A stretch of 64,000 nt of DNA from an uncultured delta proteobacterium (GTDB taxonomy: Bacteria > Myxococcota_A > Polyangia > Fen-1088). Below are positions 41,484 to 50,661 of the stretch, piece after piece. The stretch covers positions 352,001 through 416,000 of the forward strand of contig CAVYGB010000008.1 in NCBI GenBank assembly GCA_963767925.1. Direction: 5' to 3'. A program made the position numbers and the translations under genes. The notes beneath the pieces are model-generated. The model searched no databases. It was not told the origin of the DNA and saw only the letters and a list, made by a program, of their open reading frames with translations. Position 1 is the stretch's first letter, and each line of letters starts with the position of its first letter.

Positions 41484-42658
41484 TGCAGGCGGACCGATCC
41501 CTGCCAGCCCGCATCCGACTCCCGCTGGCCCTCGTAGGGATCGCCCTGGGGATGGTCATCCCGGCGGCGGCCCGGGCCCACGACGAGAGCGTGAGCGCCT
41601 CCGACGTGGTGATCGAGGACCGGCAGGTGATCTGGCGGGTGGACGTGGGGCTCGCCGGGCTGGCCAAGGTGATCGACTTCGGACGCCCGGCCACCGCCGG
41701 GGAGCTCGCCCTGGTCGAGGCCTCGGAGATCGAAGCGCGCAAGGCGGCCATCGGCGCCTATCTGCAGCGCGGGCTGCAGGTCTTCCTCGACGGCCAGCCG
41801 CAGCCGACCCCGGCCACCCTGGGGGCGCTCGCGCCGCTGCGGGAGGTGCTGGAGCCGGGGGGCCCCCCTGGCATCACCCGCGTGTCGCTGGAGCTGCGCT
41901 ACGCCAGCCCCCGGCCCCTGCAGGAGGTGCGGGCCCGGATCGGCCTGTTCTCCGATCTGACCAGCACCCACCGGGCGGTGCTGAAGGTGCGCTGGGGGGA
42001 CGAGGCCACCCAGCTCGCTCGCCTCGGCGTCAGCGAGGTGCTGCTCGAGCGGGGGCGGATCGACCCCGGCCCCTGGACCCTCGCCTGGGACTTCCTGCGC
42101 TGGGGGGCCCACCACATCTTCATCGGCTACGACCACATCGCCTTCCTGCTGGCGCTCTTGCTGGCGGTGGGCCGGCTGCGGTCGTTGCTGCTCATCATCA
42201 CGTCCTTCACCGTCGCCCACAGCCTGACCATCCTCCTGGCGGCGCTCGACGTCGTCCGGATGCCCCCCCGGGTGACCGAGGCTCTGATCGCCGCCTCCAT
42301 CGTGTGGGTGGCGCTGGAGAACGCGGTCCTGGGGGTGCGGGCGCGGCCGCGCCGCTGGCTCCTGACCTTTGCCTTCGGGCTGGTGCACGGCCTGGGCTTC
42401 GCCGAGATCCTGCGCGAACGCCTGGCGGAGGCTCCGGGGGGCGTGTTGCTGCCCGTGATCGCCTTCAACCTTGGGGTCGAGCTGGGGCAGGCGGTGCTGG
42501 TGGCGGCCGCCTTTCCCCTGCTGGTCTGGCTCCGGCGCGGCGCCGGTGAACCGCTGGCCCCCGAGGCAGCCCGGACGCGTCAGGAGCGCATCCTCCGCCT
42601 CGGCTCCCTCCCCATCGCCCTGCTCGGCCTGATCTGGCTCGTCCAGCGCCTGCTGTGA
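41480..42658 (+). CDS. HupE/UreJ family protein with an N-terminal periplasmic domain
   Basis: ARAHD signal junction; HIFIGYDHIAFL, FTVAHSLT, IAASI, FGLVHGLGFA and FNLGVELGQ. Confidence 0.9.
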   Translation: MMQADRSLPARIRLPLALVGIALGMVIPAAARAHDESVSASDVVIEDRQVIWRVDVGLAGLAKVIDFGRPATAGELALVEASEIEARKAAIGAYLQRGLQVFLDGQPQPTPATLGALAPLREVLEPGGPPGITRVSLELRYASPRPLQEVRARIGLFSDLTSTHRAVLKVRWGDEATQLARLGVSEVLLERGRIDPGPWTLAWDFLRWGAHHIFIGYDHIAFLLALLLAVGRLRSLLLIITSFTVAHSLTILLAALDVVRMPPRVTEALIAASIVWVALENAVLGVRARPRRWLLTFAFGLVHGLGFAEILRERLAEAPGGVLLPVIAFNLGVELGQAVLVAAAFPLLVWLRRGAGEPLAPEAARTRQERILRLGSLPIALLGLIWLVQRLL

Positions 42659-42660
42659 GC

Positions 42661-42691
42661 GCGGGACCTCCGGCGAGGTCCCGCTATTTTT
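42661..42691 (+). terminator. Rho-independent terminator
   Basis: GCGGGACCTC-CGGC-GAGGTCCCGC stem-loop followed by TATTTTT, just after the stop codon. Confidence 0.85.
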
Positions 42692-42704
42692 CTGCGGCGG
42701 CCGC

Positions 42705-43928
42705 TCAGCGCTGGATCTGGATGCCGAGGAAGAGCAGGTCGTTCTTCAGGCCGGCGGCGTCGAGGCGCTGGTAGCCCAGGGCCAGCCGGGCGGCGTGCTC
42801 CTGGACGGCGTAGCCGACCTGGGCGTCGAAGATGTTCCAGTTGCCGCCGTTCGCGGCCTTGGCCCGCTGGAAGCGCACCATCGGCTGCAACCGGCCGATG
42901 CCCACTGGTTCGGGCAGAAGGAGGCTGACCAGGCCGTAATAGTGGTAGTCGACCGGCTCGTAGGTCCCGGAGAAGACGTAGAGCGCAGCCTCCAGGTCGA
43001 GGATCCCCAGGCTGGAGAGCGTCCGCTCCACCAGGAGATCGGCGGAGAAGCCGGTGTAGTCGGCGGGCGGTGCCACCACCACCTCCGGGGGGACCGGTGG
43101 CGGGCCCAGCGATCCCTTCTTCTTGTACTGGGCGTTCACCCCGATCGCCGCGACGTCGCGGCCACCGTAGTAGGTGCTCGAGTGGTAGTAGCCCGGCTCG
43201 GGGCTGCCGAGGCTCAGGTTCAGGCGGCCGGAGAAGAGGGGACTCTCCGCGGGTACGCCCAGGTCGTACACGCCGGCGAAGTACTTCACCACGCCCTCGT
43301 CGATCTGACCCCAGACGGTCACCCCGTCGCTCCGGCCGAAGGCCCCCGCCCGGGGACCGACCGGCACGGCGCCGGGGATGTACCCGCCGGGATAGTTCCA
43401 GGCGCTCATGTACCAGGGACCGCTGACGTTGGAGCGGTCCGAGGGGACCAGCATGCGGCCGAACCAGACGTTGAAGGGCTGGGACAGCTCGAACTTCACG
43501 ATCAGATCCAGGATCTGCGCCCGTCCGACGTTGTCGGTGCCCGGCCCGAAGTTTCCCGGTCCGTAGGTGGCGACGAAGTCGGCCTGCCAGCCGACCTTCG
43601 GGTGGATCCGGCCGCCGAGCAGCAGGTCGACCTCCGCGTCGACGAAGGCGTCGGCCTCGCCGGCCGAGGGCCGTGAGATGTTGTTGCCGAGACGGCCCCA
43701 GACGTTGATGTCGATGGCCCGGGTTCCCGCCTCGTCCGGACCGGCGGTCCCCTGTACGACATTGTCGTCGGTCGGCGTCTCCACAACCGGCTCGCTCGAC
43801 TTTGCCCCCGAGGCTCCGGCGCCCTGTCGCTTGGCCCGGGGAGCCGCGGAGACCTGAAGGGGCAGCAGGATTGCCGCGGCCAGCACGAGAAAGCCACGCA
43901 CCTGCGACAGGTTAGGGCCTGAGATCAT
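42705..43928 (-). CDS. Outer-membrane porin-like beta-barrel protein
   Basis: SD AGGAG; signal peptide; WFGRMLVPSDRSN motif; amphipathic strands; terminal FLGIQIQR. Confidence 0.75.
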   Translation of the reverse strand: MISGPNLSQVRGFLVLAAAILLPLQVSAAPRAKRQGAGASGAKSSEPVVETPTDDNVVQGTAGPDEAGTRAIDINVWGRLGNNISRPSAGEADAFVDAEVDLLLGGRIHPKVGWQADFVATYGPGNFGPGTDNVGRAQILDLIVKFELSQPFNVWFGRMLVPSDRSNVSGPWYMSAWNYPGGYIPGAVPVGPRAGAFGRSDGVTVWGQIDEGVVKYFAGVYDLGVPAESPLFSGRLNLSLGSPEPGYYHSSTYYGGRDVAAIGVNAQYKKKGSLGPPPVPPEVVVAPPADYTGFSADLLVERTLSSLGILDLEAALYVFSGTYEPVDYHYYGLVSLLLPEPVGIGRLQPMVRFQRAKAANGGNWNIFDAQVGYAVQEHAARLALGYQRLDAAGLKNDLLFLGIQIQR

Positions 43929-44036
43929 GTAACGTTCTCCTTTGTTCTTGCGCCCTTACCCGCCACTGCACGCCGCTACCCGTACCACGTAATGGGAAAA
44001 CGGGGTATCGGTCCCGGTCGCGATGCGCCGCCGGTC

Positions 44037-44052
44037 TTGACCGTAGGGTCAA
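44037..44052. promoter_or_regulatory. Palindromic operator candidate TTGACC-N4-GGTCAA
   Basis: Perfect 6-bp arms in the divergent porin/CBS intergenic region. Confidence 0.5.
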
Positions 44053-44104
44053 TCCATGAAGTGAAAGCGCATCGGCGGAGCGGACTGCACCTTCCGACGG
44101 GTCC

Positions 44105-44120
44105 GGGCACGTAGGGTGCT
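44105..44120 (+). promoter_or_regulatory. Sigma-54 (-24/-12) promoter candidate
   Basis: GGGCAC-GTAGG-GTGCT gives GG-N10-GC; upstream of the CBS gene; an NtrC-type activator gene lies nearby. Confidence 0.55.
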
Positions 44121-44247
44121 GGTAGACTGTTCGTCAGCCGCTTATCGTCGGTCTCTAACGTCCGTCTTTATCGCCTGGCTTTGTCGTCTGGCTTGGGTCG
44201 TGAGGCTTGGGTTTTGTTCCTGGGTCACGAGCGCGGGGAGGCACGCC

Positions 44248-45288
44248 ATGAGCAGGAAGAGCGCGGGGCGATCGAGTGAGGTGCGGTCAGAGTCGCGGAG
44301 CGGGTCGCCGGGGTGGCGGGTGGACGCCAGCCTCCCGGTGGCGACCTTCATGAGGCGGGATGTCGCGTACCTGAGGGACAACATGTGGGTCGACGCGGCC
44401 TTGAGCTTCCTCTCGGAGCGTGGGCTGCACGACGCCCCCGTCCTCGACTGGGAGGGCCGCCCGGTGGGGGTCCTGTACGTCGACGACGTGGAGACCGAGG
44501 ACTCGTTCGGCGAGAGCGACTCCGAGCGCCTGAGCGCCGAGGGCGACGAGGTGCCCGCCAAAAGCCTGGCGGGGGAGCTGCGGCGTGGTTACGGCCTGGG
44601 CCCCGGGTTCCACCTCGACGACCGCCGCCGGCTGCGCGTGTGCGAGGTGATGGTCCCGTACGTGCCCGAGATCTCGGCGGAGGCCTCGATCGCCAGTGTC
44701 GGTCTCGTCATGCAGGACCATCAGCTCGACCACGTCATGGTGGTGGGGGACGACGGACGGGCGGTGGGGACCTTCTCGCGCGACGAGCTCGTCGACTGGC
44801 TGGTCCAGCAGACCAGCGGCGCCCGGGCCCACGAGGGGTTCGAGGGCCGTTTCCTCCGGGACGTCATGCGGCCGCTCATCTCCGTCCGCCGCCGGGCCTC
44901 GTTGCTGAGCGCCCGCGATCTGCTGGCCACCCACGACCTCGAGGAGCTACCGGTTGTCGAGGCCGGCCGCGTGGTGGGGGTGGTCAGCGAAGCGGACATC
45001 TACAGCGTGGTTTCAGTCCGGCGAGACCAGCGCCTGCCGAACGACCCGCGCGAGGAGGACGGCTGGATGCAGGAGCTGCTGGTGGAGGACATCATGAAGT
45101 CGCCGCCGCTGGTGCGCAGCCCGGACGACGAGCTCGAGAGCGTGATGCCGGCGCTGCGGGCCAGCCGGGCAGGCTGTCTGCTCGTCGAGCACGACGGTCG
45201 CGTCATCGGCATCGTGAGCCTGCGTGACCTCGAGGAGCGCTCCGAAAGCTGGGCGCCGTCGGGGCCGCGGCCTCACCTCAGCTACTAG
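44248..45288 (+). CDS. CBS domain protein (two CBS pairs)
   Basis: SD GGAGG plus ATG 44248; repeated VxxxM...PV...xxVGxxS units. Confidence 0.85.
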   Translation: MSRKSAGRSSEVRSESRSGSPGWRVDASLPVATFMRRDVAYLRDNMWVDAALSFLSERGLHDAPVLDWEGRPVGVLYVDDVETEDSFGESDSERLSAEGDEVPAKSLAGELRRGYGLGPGFHLDDRRRLRVCEVMVPYVPEISAEASIASVGLVMQDHQLDHVMVVGDDGRAVGTFSRDELVDWLVQQTSGARAHEGFEGRFLRDVMRPLISVRRRASLLSARDLLATHDLEELPVVEAGRVVGVVSEADIYSVVSVRRDQRLPNDPREEDGWMQELLVEDIMKSPPLVRSPDDELESVMPALRASRAGCLLVEHDGRVIGIVSLRDLEERSESWAPSGPRPHLSY

Positions 45289-45519
45289 GAAATCACCCCG
45301 GAGGTCCCGAACCTCACCCACTGCAGCCCGCTGGCCACCGAACCACAGACCACCTGGCCAAAATACGCCTGGCCAAAACGATCCAAGACCCTCTCAAGAG
45401 ACCCTCGCCCAACACGCTCACCTCATGAAGATATCGTCCAGCCGGGGCCATCGGGGCTTGAAAGTCTCAGGGGTTCGGTTCACGATGCGCGAGGGGGGTC
45501 GAGCAGGAGCCGTGTATCG

Positions 45520-46866
45520 ATGCTTGACATACTGGTGGTCGACGATGAGCCCTCGATCCGGGTTCCGCTCGGCCATGCGCTGCGGGCAAGAGGGCATCGG
45601 GTCGCTGTAGCCAGCGACGGGGCCGAGGCGATGTCTCGCCTCGACGGCCAGGTATTTGGCCTGGTCGTCAGCGACGTCAAGCTGCCGCGGGTCGATGGCT
45701 TCACGATCCTGCGCCGCCTGCGCAAGGAGTGCCCGGGGACCGACGTTGTCCTCATGACCGCCTTCGGGACCATCGCCGACGCGGTGGCCGCCATGAAAGA
45801 GCGGGCGGTCGACTACGTCACCAAGCCCTTCGACCTGGAGGAGATGGTGCTGGTGGTCGAGCGGATCGACGAGCGCCGCCGCCTGCTGCGCGAGCTGGAG
45901 GAGGCCCGCGGGCAGCTCGCCGCCCGGCGATCCTCCGACCACATCGTGGGCCGTTCACCTCAGGTCGCCCAGCTCCGCGACCAGGTCGCCGCCATCGCCG
46001 ACAGCTCCGCCGCGGTGTTGCTGACCGGAGAGAGCGGGACCGGCAAGGAGCTGGTCGCCCGCATGATCCACGACCGCAGTCCGCGCCGGGAGAAGCCCTT
46101 CATCGCCGTCAACTGCGCGGCCATCCCGGGCCCGCTGATCGAGGCCGAGCTGTTCGGTCACGAGCGGGGGGCCTTCACCGGAGCTTTCAAGCGGCGGGCC
46201 GGCCGCTTCAAGGCCGCCGACGGAGGCACCCTCTTCCTCGACGAGATCGGGGAGATGCCGGCCGAGCTGCAGCCCAAGATGTTGCGCGTGTTGCAGGAGG
46301 GGATGTTCGAGCCGATCGGGACCAACACCTCGGCGCAGGTGGACGTGCGGGTCATCTCGGCCAGCAACCGGGATCTGAAGGCGGCGGTGGCCACGGGCAC
46401 CTTCCGCAAGGATCTCTACTACCGCATCCGGGTCTTCGATCTGCGCCTGCCCCCGCTGCGCGAGCGGCGGGGCGACCTGCCGTTGCTGGTGGGGCAATTC
46501 CTCTCGGAGTTCACGCCTCCCGGTGAGCGGATGCCGATGTTGTCGCCCGCGGCCTGGGTGGCCCTCGAGCACTACCCCTTCCCCGGCAACATCCGCGAGC
46601 TCCGGCACGCCATCCAGCACGCCACCATCCTGGCGCGGGGCCTCGACATCGACCTGCCCCACCTGCCCGACGACGTGCGGGGGGACATCGGCACGCCCCT
46701 GCCCGAGCACGTGCGCCCGCTCGACATGGCCGTCGAGCAATACGAGAAGGAGTACATCACCCGCACCTTGCACATGACGAAAGGCGAACGGAAGCGGGCC
46801 GCCGAGCTCCTCGGGATCTCCCGCAAGAGCCTTTGGAAGAAGATGTCGAAGTATGCCCTCCGTTGA
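45520..46866 (+). CDS. Sigma-54-dependent response regulator (REC-AAA+-Fis HTH)
   Basis: LVVDDE, GESGTGKE, ELFGHERGAFTGA, LFLDEIGE, FPGNIREL and AAELLGISRKSL. Confidence 0.96.
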   Translation: MLDILVVDDEPSIRVPLGHALRARGHRVAVASDGAEAMSRLDGQVFGLVVSDVKLPRVDGFTILRRLRKECPGTDVVLMTAFGTIADAVAAMKERAVDYVTKPFDLEEMVLVVERIDERRRLLRELEEARGQLAARRSSDHIVGRSPQVAQLRDQVAAIADSSAAVLLTGESGTGKELVARMIHDRSPRREKPFIAVNCAAIPGPLIEAELFGHERGAFTGAFKRRAGRFKAADGGTLFLDEIGEMPAELQPKMLRVLQEGMFEPIGTNTSAQVDVRVISASNRDLKAAVATGTFRKDLYYRIRVFDLRLPPLRERRGDLPLLVGQFLSEFTPPGERMPMLSPAAWVALEHYPFPGNIRELRHAIQHATILARGLDIDLPHLPDDVRGDIGTPLPEHVRPLDMAVEQYEKEYITRTLHMTKGERKRAAELLGISRKSLWKKMSKYALR

Positions 46867-47637
46867 GAGGGGCGGGTCTTCCCCCCCGCTGCGGCCGGAA
46901 GGCCCGGACCCCCAGGGCGGGGCGATCCGGGCGGCCTACGGGCTGTTTTTCGCCGACGAGGCCCTCTCGGCGGTCCGCCACGACGTCCTCAACCGCCTGA
47001 CCGCTCTGGGCGCTCTCAGCTTCGAGCTGCGGCGGGGGCTGGAGCCGATCGGGGGGTGATCCGCGAACGGCTCGACGACGTGAACCGGCAGGTGGGGATG
47101 ATCTGCGAGACGGTGTCGCGCCGGCTGGCGCCCTCGCGGGACGATCCGCCCCCCCGCTGCGAGGTGGGGGAGGTGATGGAGCAGGTAGCGGGCCTCTGCC
47201 AGGGGACGGTGCCCGTGCAGGCTGCGGTCCCTGACCGGATGTGGGCCGAGGTCGATCCGGTGCAGCTCGGGGTGGCGCTCCTGTGCGTCGTCGAGAACGC
47301 GGTCCAGGCCTGCGCCGGGCGCCCGCGCGCCCGGGTGCGCCTCCGCTGCCAGAGCGAGGCGCTCGAGGAGGGGGAGGGCGAGCGCATCGCCCTCGAGGTG
47401 CTCGACGATGGCCCGGGCCTGTACGCCGAGGCGGAGGAGCGGGCCTGCGAGCGGTTCTTCAGCAGCAAGGCCGGGCACGCCGGGCTCGGTCTCAGCGTGG
47501 CCCGCACCATCCTGGGGCGCTGGCGCGGCGACCTGCTGCTCGCCAACCGCGGCGAGGGAGAGAGCGGGGTCCGGGCGGTGTTGTACCTGCCGGCCGCCCC
47601 CCGGCCAGGAACACGAGAAAAGACCGAGGGGGGATGA
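46853..47637 (+). CDS. Sensor-less histidine kinase, split at the G6 run 47051-47056
   Basis: H-box-like RHDVLNRL in ORF 46853..47059; ENAVQA, DDGPG, FFSSK and GLGL in ORF 47056..47637; one extra G joins them. Confidence 0.75.
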
Positions 47638-48032
47638 CCTCCCGTAGACCCGGCAAGTTGCTCGTCGTGGAGGACGATCGGGACGTCCGCGAGACCCTGC
47701 TGCGGGTCCTGACCGAGGTCGGTTACCAGGTCCGCGGCGTCGCCGATGGCCAGGCCGCCCTCGAGGAGCTTCGCCGGCCGGGTGAGCCTTTCCCCGCCCT
47801 CCTGTTGCTCGACCTGCGGATGCCCCGGATGGACGGGCACCGCCTGCAGGAGGAGATCGCCCGGGACCCCACCCTGGCGGGGGCCCGCATCCCGGTGATC
47901 GTCCTCTCGGCCGACTCGCGGCGCTCCAGCGATCAGCAGCTCCCGGGGGCGGTGGCGGTGCTGGCCAAGCCGGTCCGGCTGGAGCGGCTGCTGGCGACCA
48001 TCGAAGCGGTGGTGGGCCCTCCGGCAGAGTGA
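47634..48032 (+). CDS. Single-domain response regulator (receiver)
   Basis: ATG 47634; LVVEDD, LLDLRMPRMDG and LAKPV. Confidence 0.92.
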   Translation: MTSRRPGKLLVVEDDRDVRETLLRVLTEVGYQVRGVADGQAALEELRRPGEPFPALLLLDLRMPRMDGHRLQEEIARDPTLAGARIPVIVLSADSRRSSDQQLPGAVAVLAKPVRLERLLATIEAVVGPPAE

Positions 48033-48036
48033 GCGC

Positions 48037-49629
48037 TCAGCGCTCGGAGACCACCAGGCGGCGTCCGAAGGCCTGCTCGAAGCGGGGGCCGATGCGGCGG
48101 GGCCGCCAGCCGACCAGGCCGGGCACGAAGAGGCGGGCCTCCCGGCGGGTGAGCTGGACCTCGATGCTGGGGGGCGAGCCGACGGTGCAGCGCTGCTCGA
48201 TCTCGTCGGACAGCGCCAGCAGGGTGGCGGCCCGCTCGACCGGCCGGCGATCGCGCTTGTCGAGCAGCGGGTGGTAGCGATCCAGCGAGGCGTTGTCGTC
48301 GCCGGCGCTGCGGACGATGGCCGAGAGCAGGACCACCTCGCGGTGAGAGAAACCCAGCAGATCGGTCGACAGGACGATGTCGGCCACGTGTTCGTAGCGT
48401 TCGAAGAAGTCGATGCTGCGGCCGATGTCGAGCAGGGTGGCGCCGTGCCCGAGCATCTCGCGCAGGGGCTCGTCCTTCGCCGGCTCGAGGGCCCGGAAGA
48501 GGGCGTCGACGACGCTGGTCCGGTGGGCGGCGGGGCGGCTGTCCCAGGCCCGGAAGGCCGCTCCCAGGGCGGCGATGGCGGCCCGGCGGACCTCCCTGGG
48601 AGGTGGGAGCTGATCGGAGACGAGGCTGGCGGCCAGGCCCTCCCGCACCCCCTGCCCGGAGACCTGCAGGTGGTCCGCCTCGAGGATCTTCATGAGGGTC
48701 GAGGTGGCCAGGGCGCCGCCCACGATGGAGTCCACCCGGTCGTCGTTGAGACCGGGCACCGAGGCCAGCCGGTCCTGCCGGCGGGAGCTCAGCAGCTCGA
48801 CCATCTCCTCGACCCGCTCGCGCTCGAGCCGGTAGCCGTGCAGGCGGGGCAGGGGATAGCTGCGGCTGCGCAGGTCGATCTTGGCCAGGTTGCGGACCGT
48901 GCCCCCGGTCCCCACCAGGCAGCCGCGATCGCCCAGGGAGGGCAGGGGGATCTCCCGGAGCACCTTGCGCACGTGGGCCGCCAGGCGGCGCTGGTCACGG
49001 TCGGAGGGCGGATCGGCGGAGAGGAAGGTGTCGGACAGCCGCAGCGCCCCCAGCGGGAAGCTCCACTCCCGGCCGATACGCCGGTTCCGGTAGAGGGTGA
49101 TCTGCAGGCTGCCGCCGCCCAGGTCGAACATGACCCCGCTCTCGACCGGCAGGCCCCGCAGGGCGCCGAGGGCGCCGTAGTGCGCCTCTTCCTGGCCGCT
49201 GATGATGCGCAGGCGCAGGCCCAGCTCGCGCCGCACGCGGGTCAGCAGGGCGGGGCCGTTGGCGGCGTCGCGGATGGCGGAGGTCGCCACGGCCAGGGTC
49301 TTGCGGGCGCCGCTGCCGACGGCCAGGGCGTGAAAGTCGGCCAGCGCGTCCAGGGTGCGGTTGATTGCCTGGTCGCTCAGCGTGTTGTCTTCCTTGAGAT
49401 CGCTGACCAGCCGGAGGGAGGCCCGGCTGCTGGCCAGGATGCGCAGGTGCCCCTCGGGCAGGATCTCGTAGACCACCACCCGGCCGGAGTTCGATCCGAT
49501 GTCGATGACGGCAACCGGTGCCGCGGCCGCGCCCGGTCGCACGAACAGAGATTCGGCGAAGCGTGTCGCGGCGTCAAACGCCCGCGAGACCAGGGGCCGT
49601 CGGAGGCGAACGGGTTGGCGGCCCTTCAT
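48037..49629 (-). CDS. ppx: Ppx/GppA family exopolyphosphatase
   Basis: IDIGSNS, ATSAIRDA, DLGGGSLQ, GTGGT and GVREG; degenerate HD domain (LLDIG). Confidence 0.9.
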   Translation of the reverse strand: MKGRQPVRLRRPLVSRAFDAATRFAESLFVRPGAAAAPVAVIDIGSNSGRVVVYEILPEGHLRILASSRASLRLVSDLKEDNTLSDQAINRTLDALADFHALAVGSGARKTLAVATSAIRDAANGPALLTRVRRELGLRLRIISGQEEAHYGALGALRGLPVESGVMFDLGGGSLQITLYRNRRIGREWSFPLGALRLSDTFLSADPPSDRDQRRLAAHVRKVLREIPLPSLGDRGCLVGTGGTVRNLAKIDLRSRSYPLPRLHGYRLERERVEEMVELLSSRRQDRLASVPGLNDDRVDSIVGGALATSTLMKILEADHLQVSGQGVREGLAASLVSDQLPPPREVRRAAIAALGAAFRAWDSRPAAHRTSVVDALFRALEPAKDEPLREMLGHGATLLDIGRSIDFFERYEHVADIVLSTDLLGFSHREVVLLSAIVRSAGDDNASLDRYHPLLDKRDRRPVERAATLLALSDEIEQRCTVGSPPSIEVQLTRREARLFVPGLVGWRPRRIGPRFEQAFGRRLVVSER

Positions 49630-50509
49630 TCGTCCCCGGCCGGTCGGCCTGGCTCGACACCAGCGCGGGCAGCCGCTCGTGAAAGCGGATCAAGTAGTCG
49701 CGGTGGCGCCGCCTCTGCTCGCGGCGCGCGCGCACCCGCAGCTTGCGGTAGCCGGTCAGCGGGCGCGGGGAGGCGCCCGCCTCGGTCAGGGCCTGGAGGC
49801 GACGCTCCAGCCGGCGGGCCAGCTCGCTCCAGTCGTGGTGCTCGCCCAGGACATCGAGCAGCTCCTTGAGCCGCTCCAGCCGCGCCTCCCGATCGGGCGC
49901 GGGGGCCTGCGTCTCGGACCATGCGGTGAGCGCGCCCCGGTATTTCTTGAGCGCCACCCGCAGCTCGTGGAGCGCCTCCCCGTCCTCCCAGCCGCCCAGG
50001 TCCCCCCGGCGCGCGAGCACCTCGCGCGCGCAGGGATCGAGGGCCGCGCGAGCCGGCGAGGCGCTCGCCCCGGGCGGCTCTCCCCGGCGGACCGCTTTGC
50101 GCACCTTGCGGGCGAGGGCCTCCACCGGATGTTCGTGGCGGAGCTTGCGGCGCAGCTCGCGATCCCGCCTGTCGCGCTGGCGCGACAGGTATTTCGCCAT
50201 GTCGCAGGCGGCTTCCCGCTCCTCGGCGGCCCTCGCGCCGTCGGCCAGCCGCGCCAGGTTGGTCAAGGCGACGTCGAGGTCCCGCACCGGCGCCGCGAGC
50301 TTGGTGAGCCGCTTGGCCTGGCGGGCGAGCCGGGGCTGCGCCGAGCGGTCGAACGAGCCAGAGAAGGCGGTCAGCGCCCCGCGTAGCTGCCGCGAGGTGG
50401 TCCGCAACCTGTGCCAGTCCTTGCGCTTGCCCCGGCGCTGCGCCTTCCTGGCGGTGCGCTCCAGCGCGCTGGCGATGGTCGTTATCTGCCTGGCCGCCGT
50501 GCCGCGCAT
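49574..50509 (-). CDS. CHAD domain protein
   Basis: HRLRTTSRQLR, VRDLDV, LHELRVALKKYR and LGEHHD. Confidence 0.88.
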   Translation of the reverse strand: MRGTAARQITTIASALERTARKAQRRGKRKDWHRLRTTSRQLRGALTAFSGSFDRSAQPRLARQAKRLTKLAAPVRDLDVALTNLARLADGARAAEEREAACDMAKYLSRQRDRRDRELRRKLRHEHPVEALARKVRKAVRRGEPPGASASPARAALDPCAREVLARRGDLGGWEDGEALHELRVALKKYRGALTAWSETQAPAPDREARLERLKELLDVLGEHHDWSELARRLERRLQALTEAGASPRPLTGYRKLRVRARREQRRRHRDYLIRFHERLPALVSSQADRPGTNEGPPTRSPPTAPGLAGV

Positions 50510-50661
50510 CCCGGGAGGTTGTCATGCTGCCCGTCCATTCTCTAATCCTTGCGAACGCACCTGGGCAACGGCTCCCGGGGGATGAATGAGTAGAAAGCGA
50601 CGGCTGGGAAAACGGAACTCGACCTTTTGCGGCCGGTCGGGCGCGGATAGTATGCCCACGC

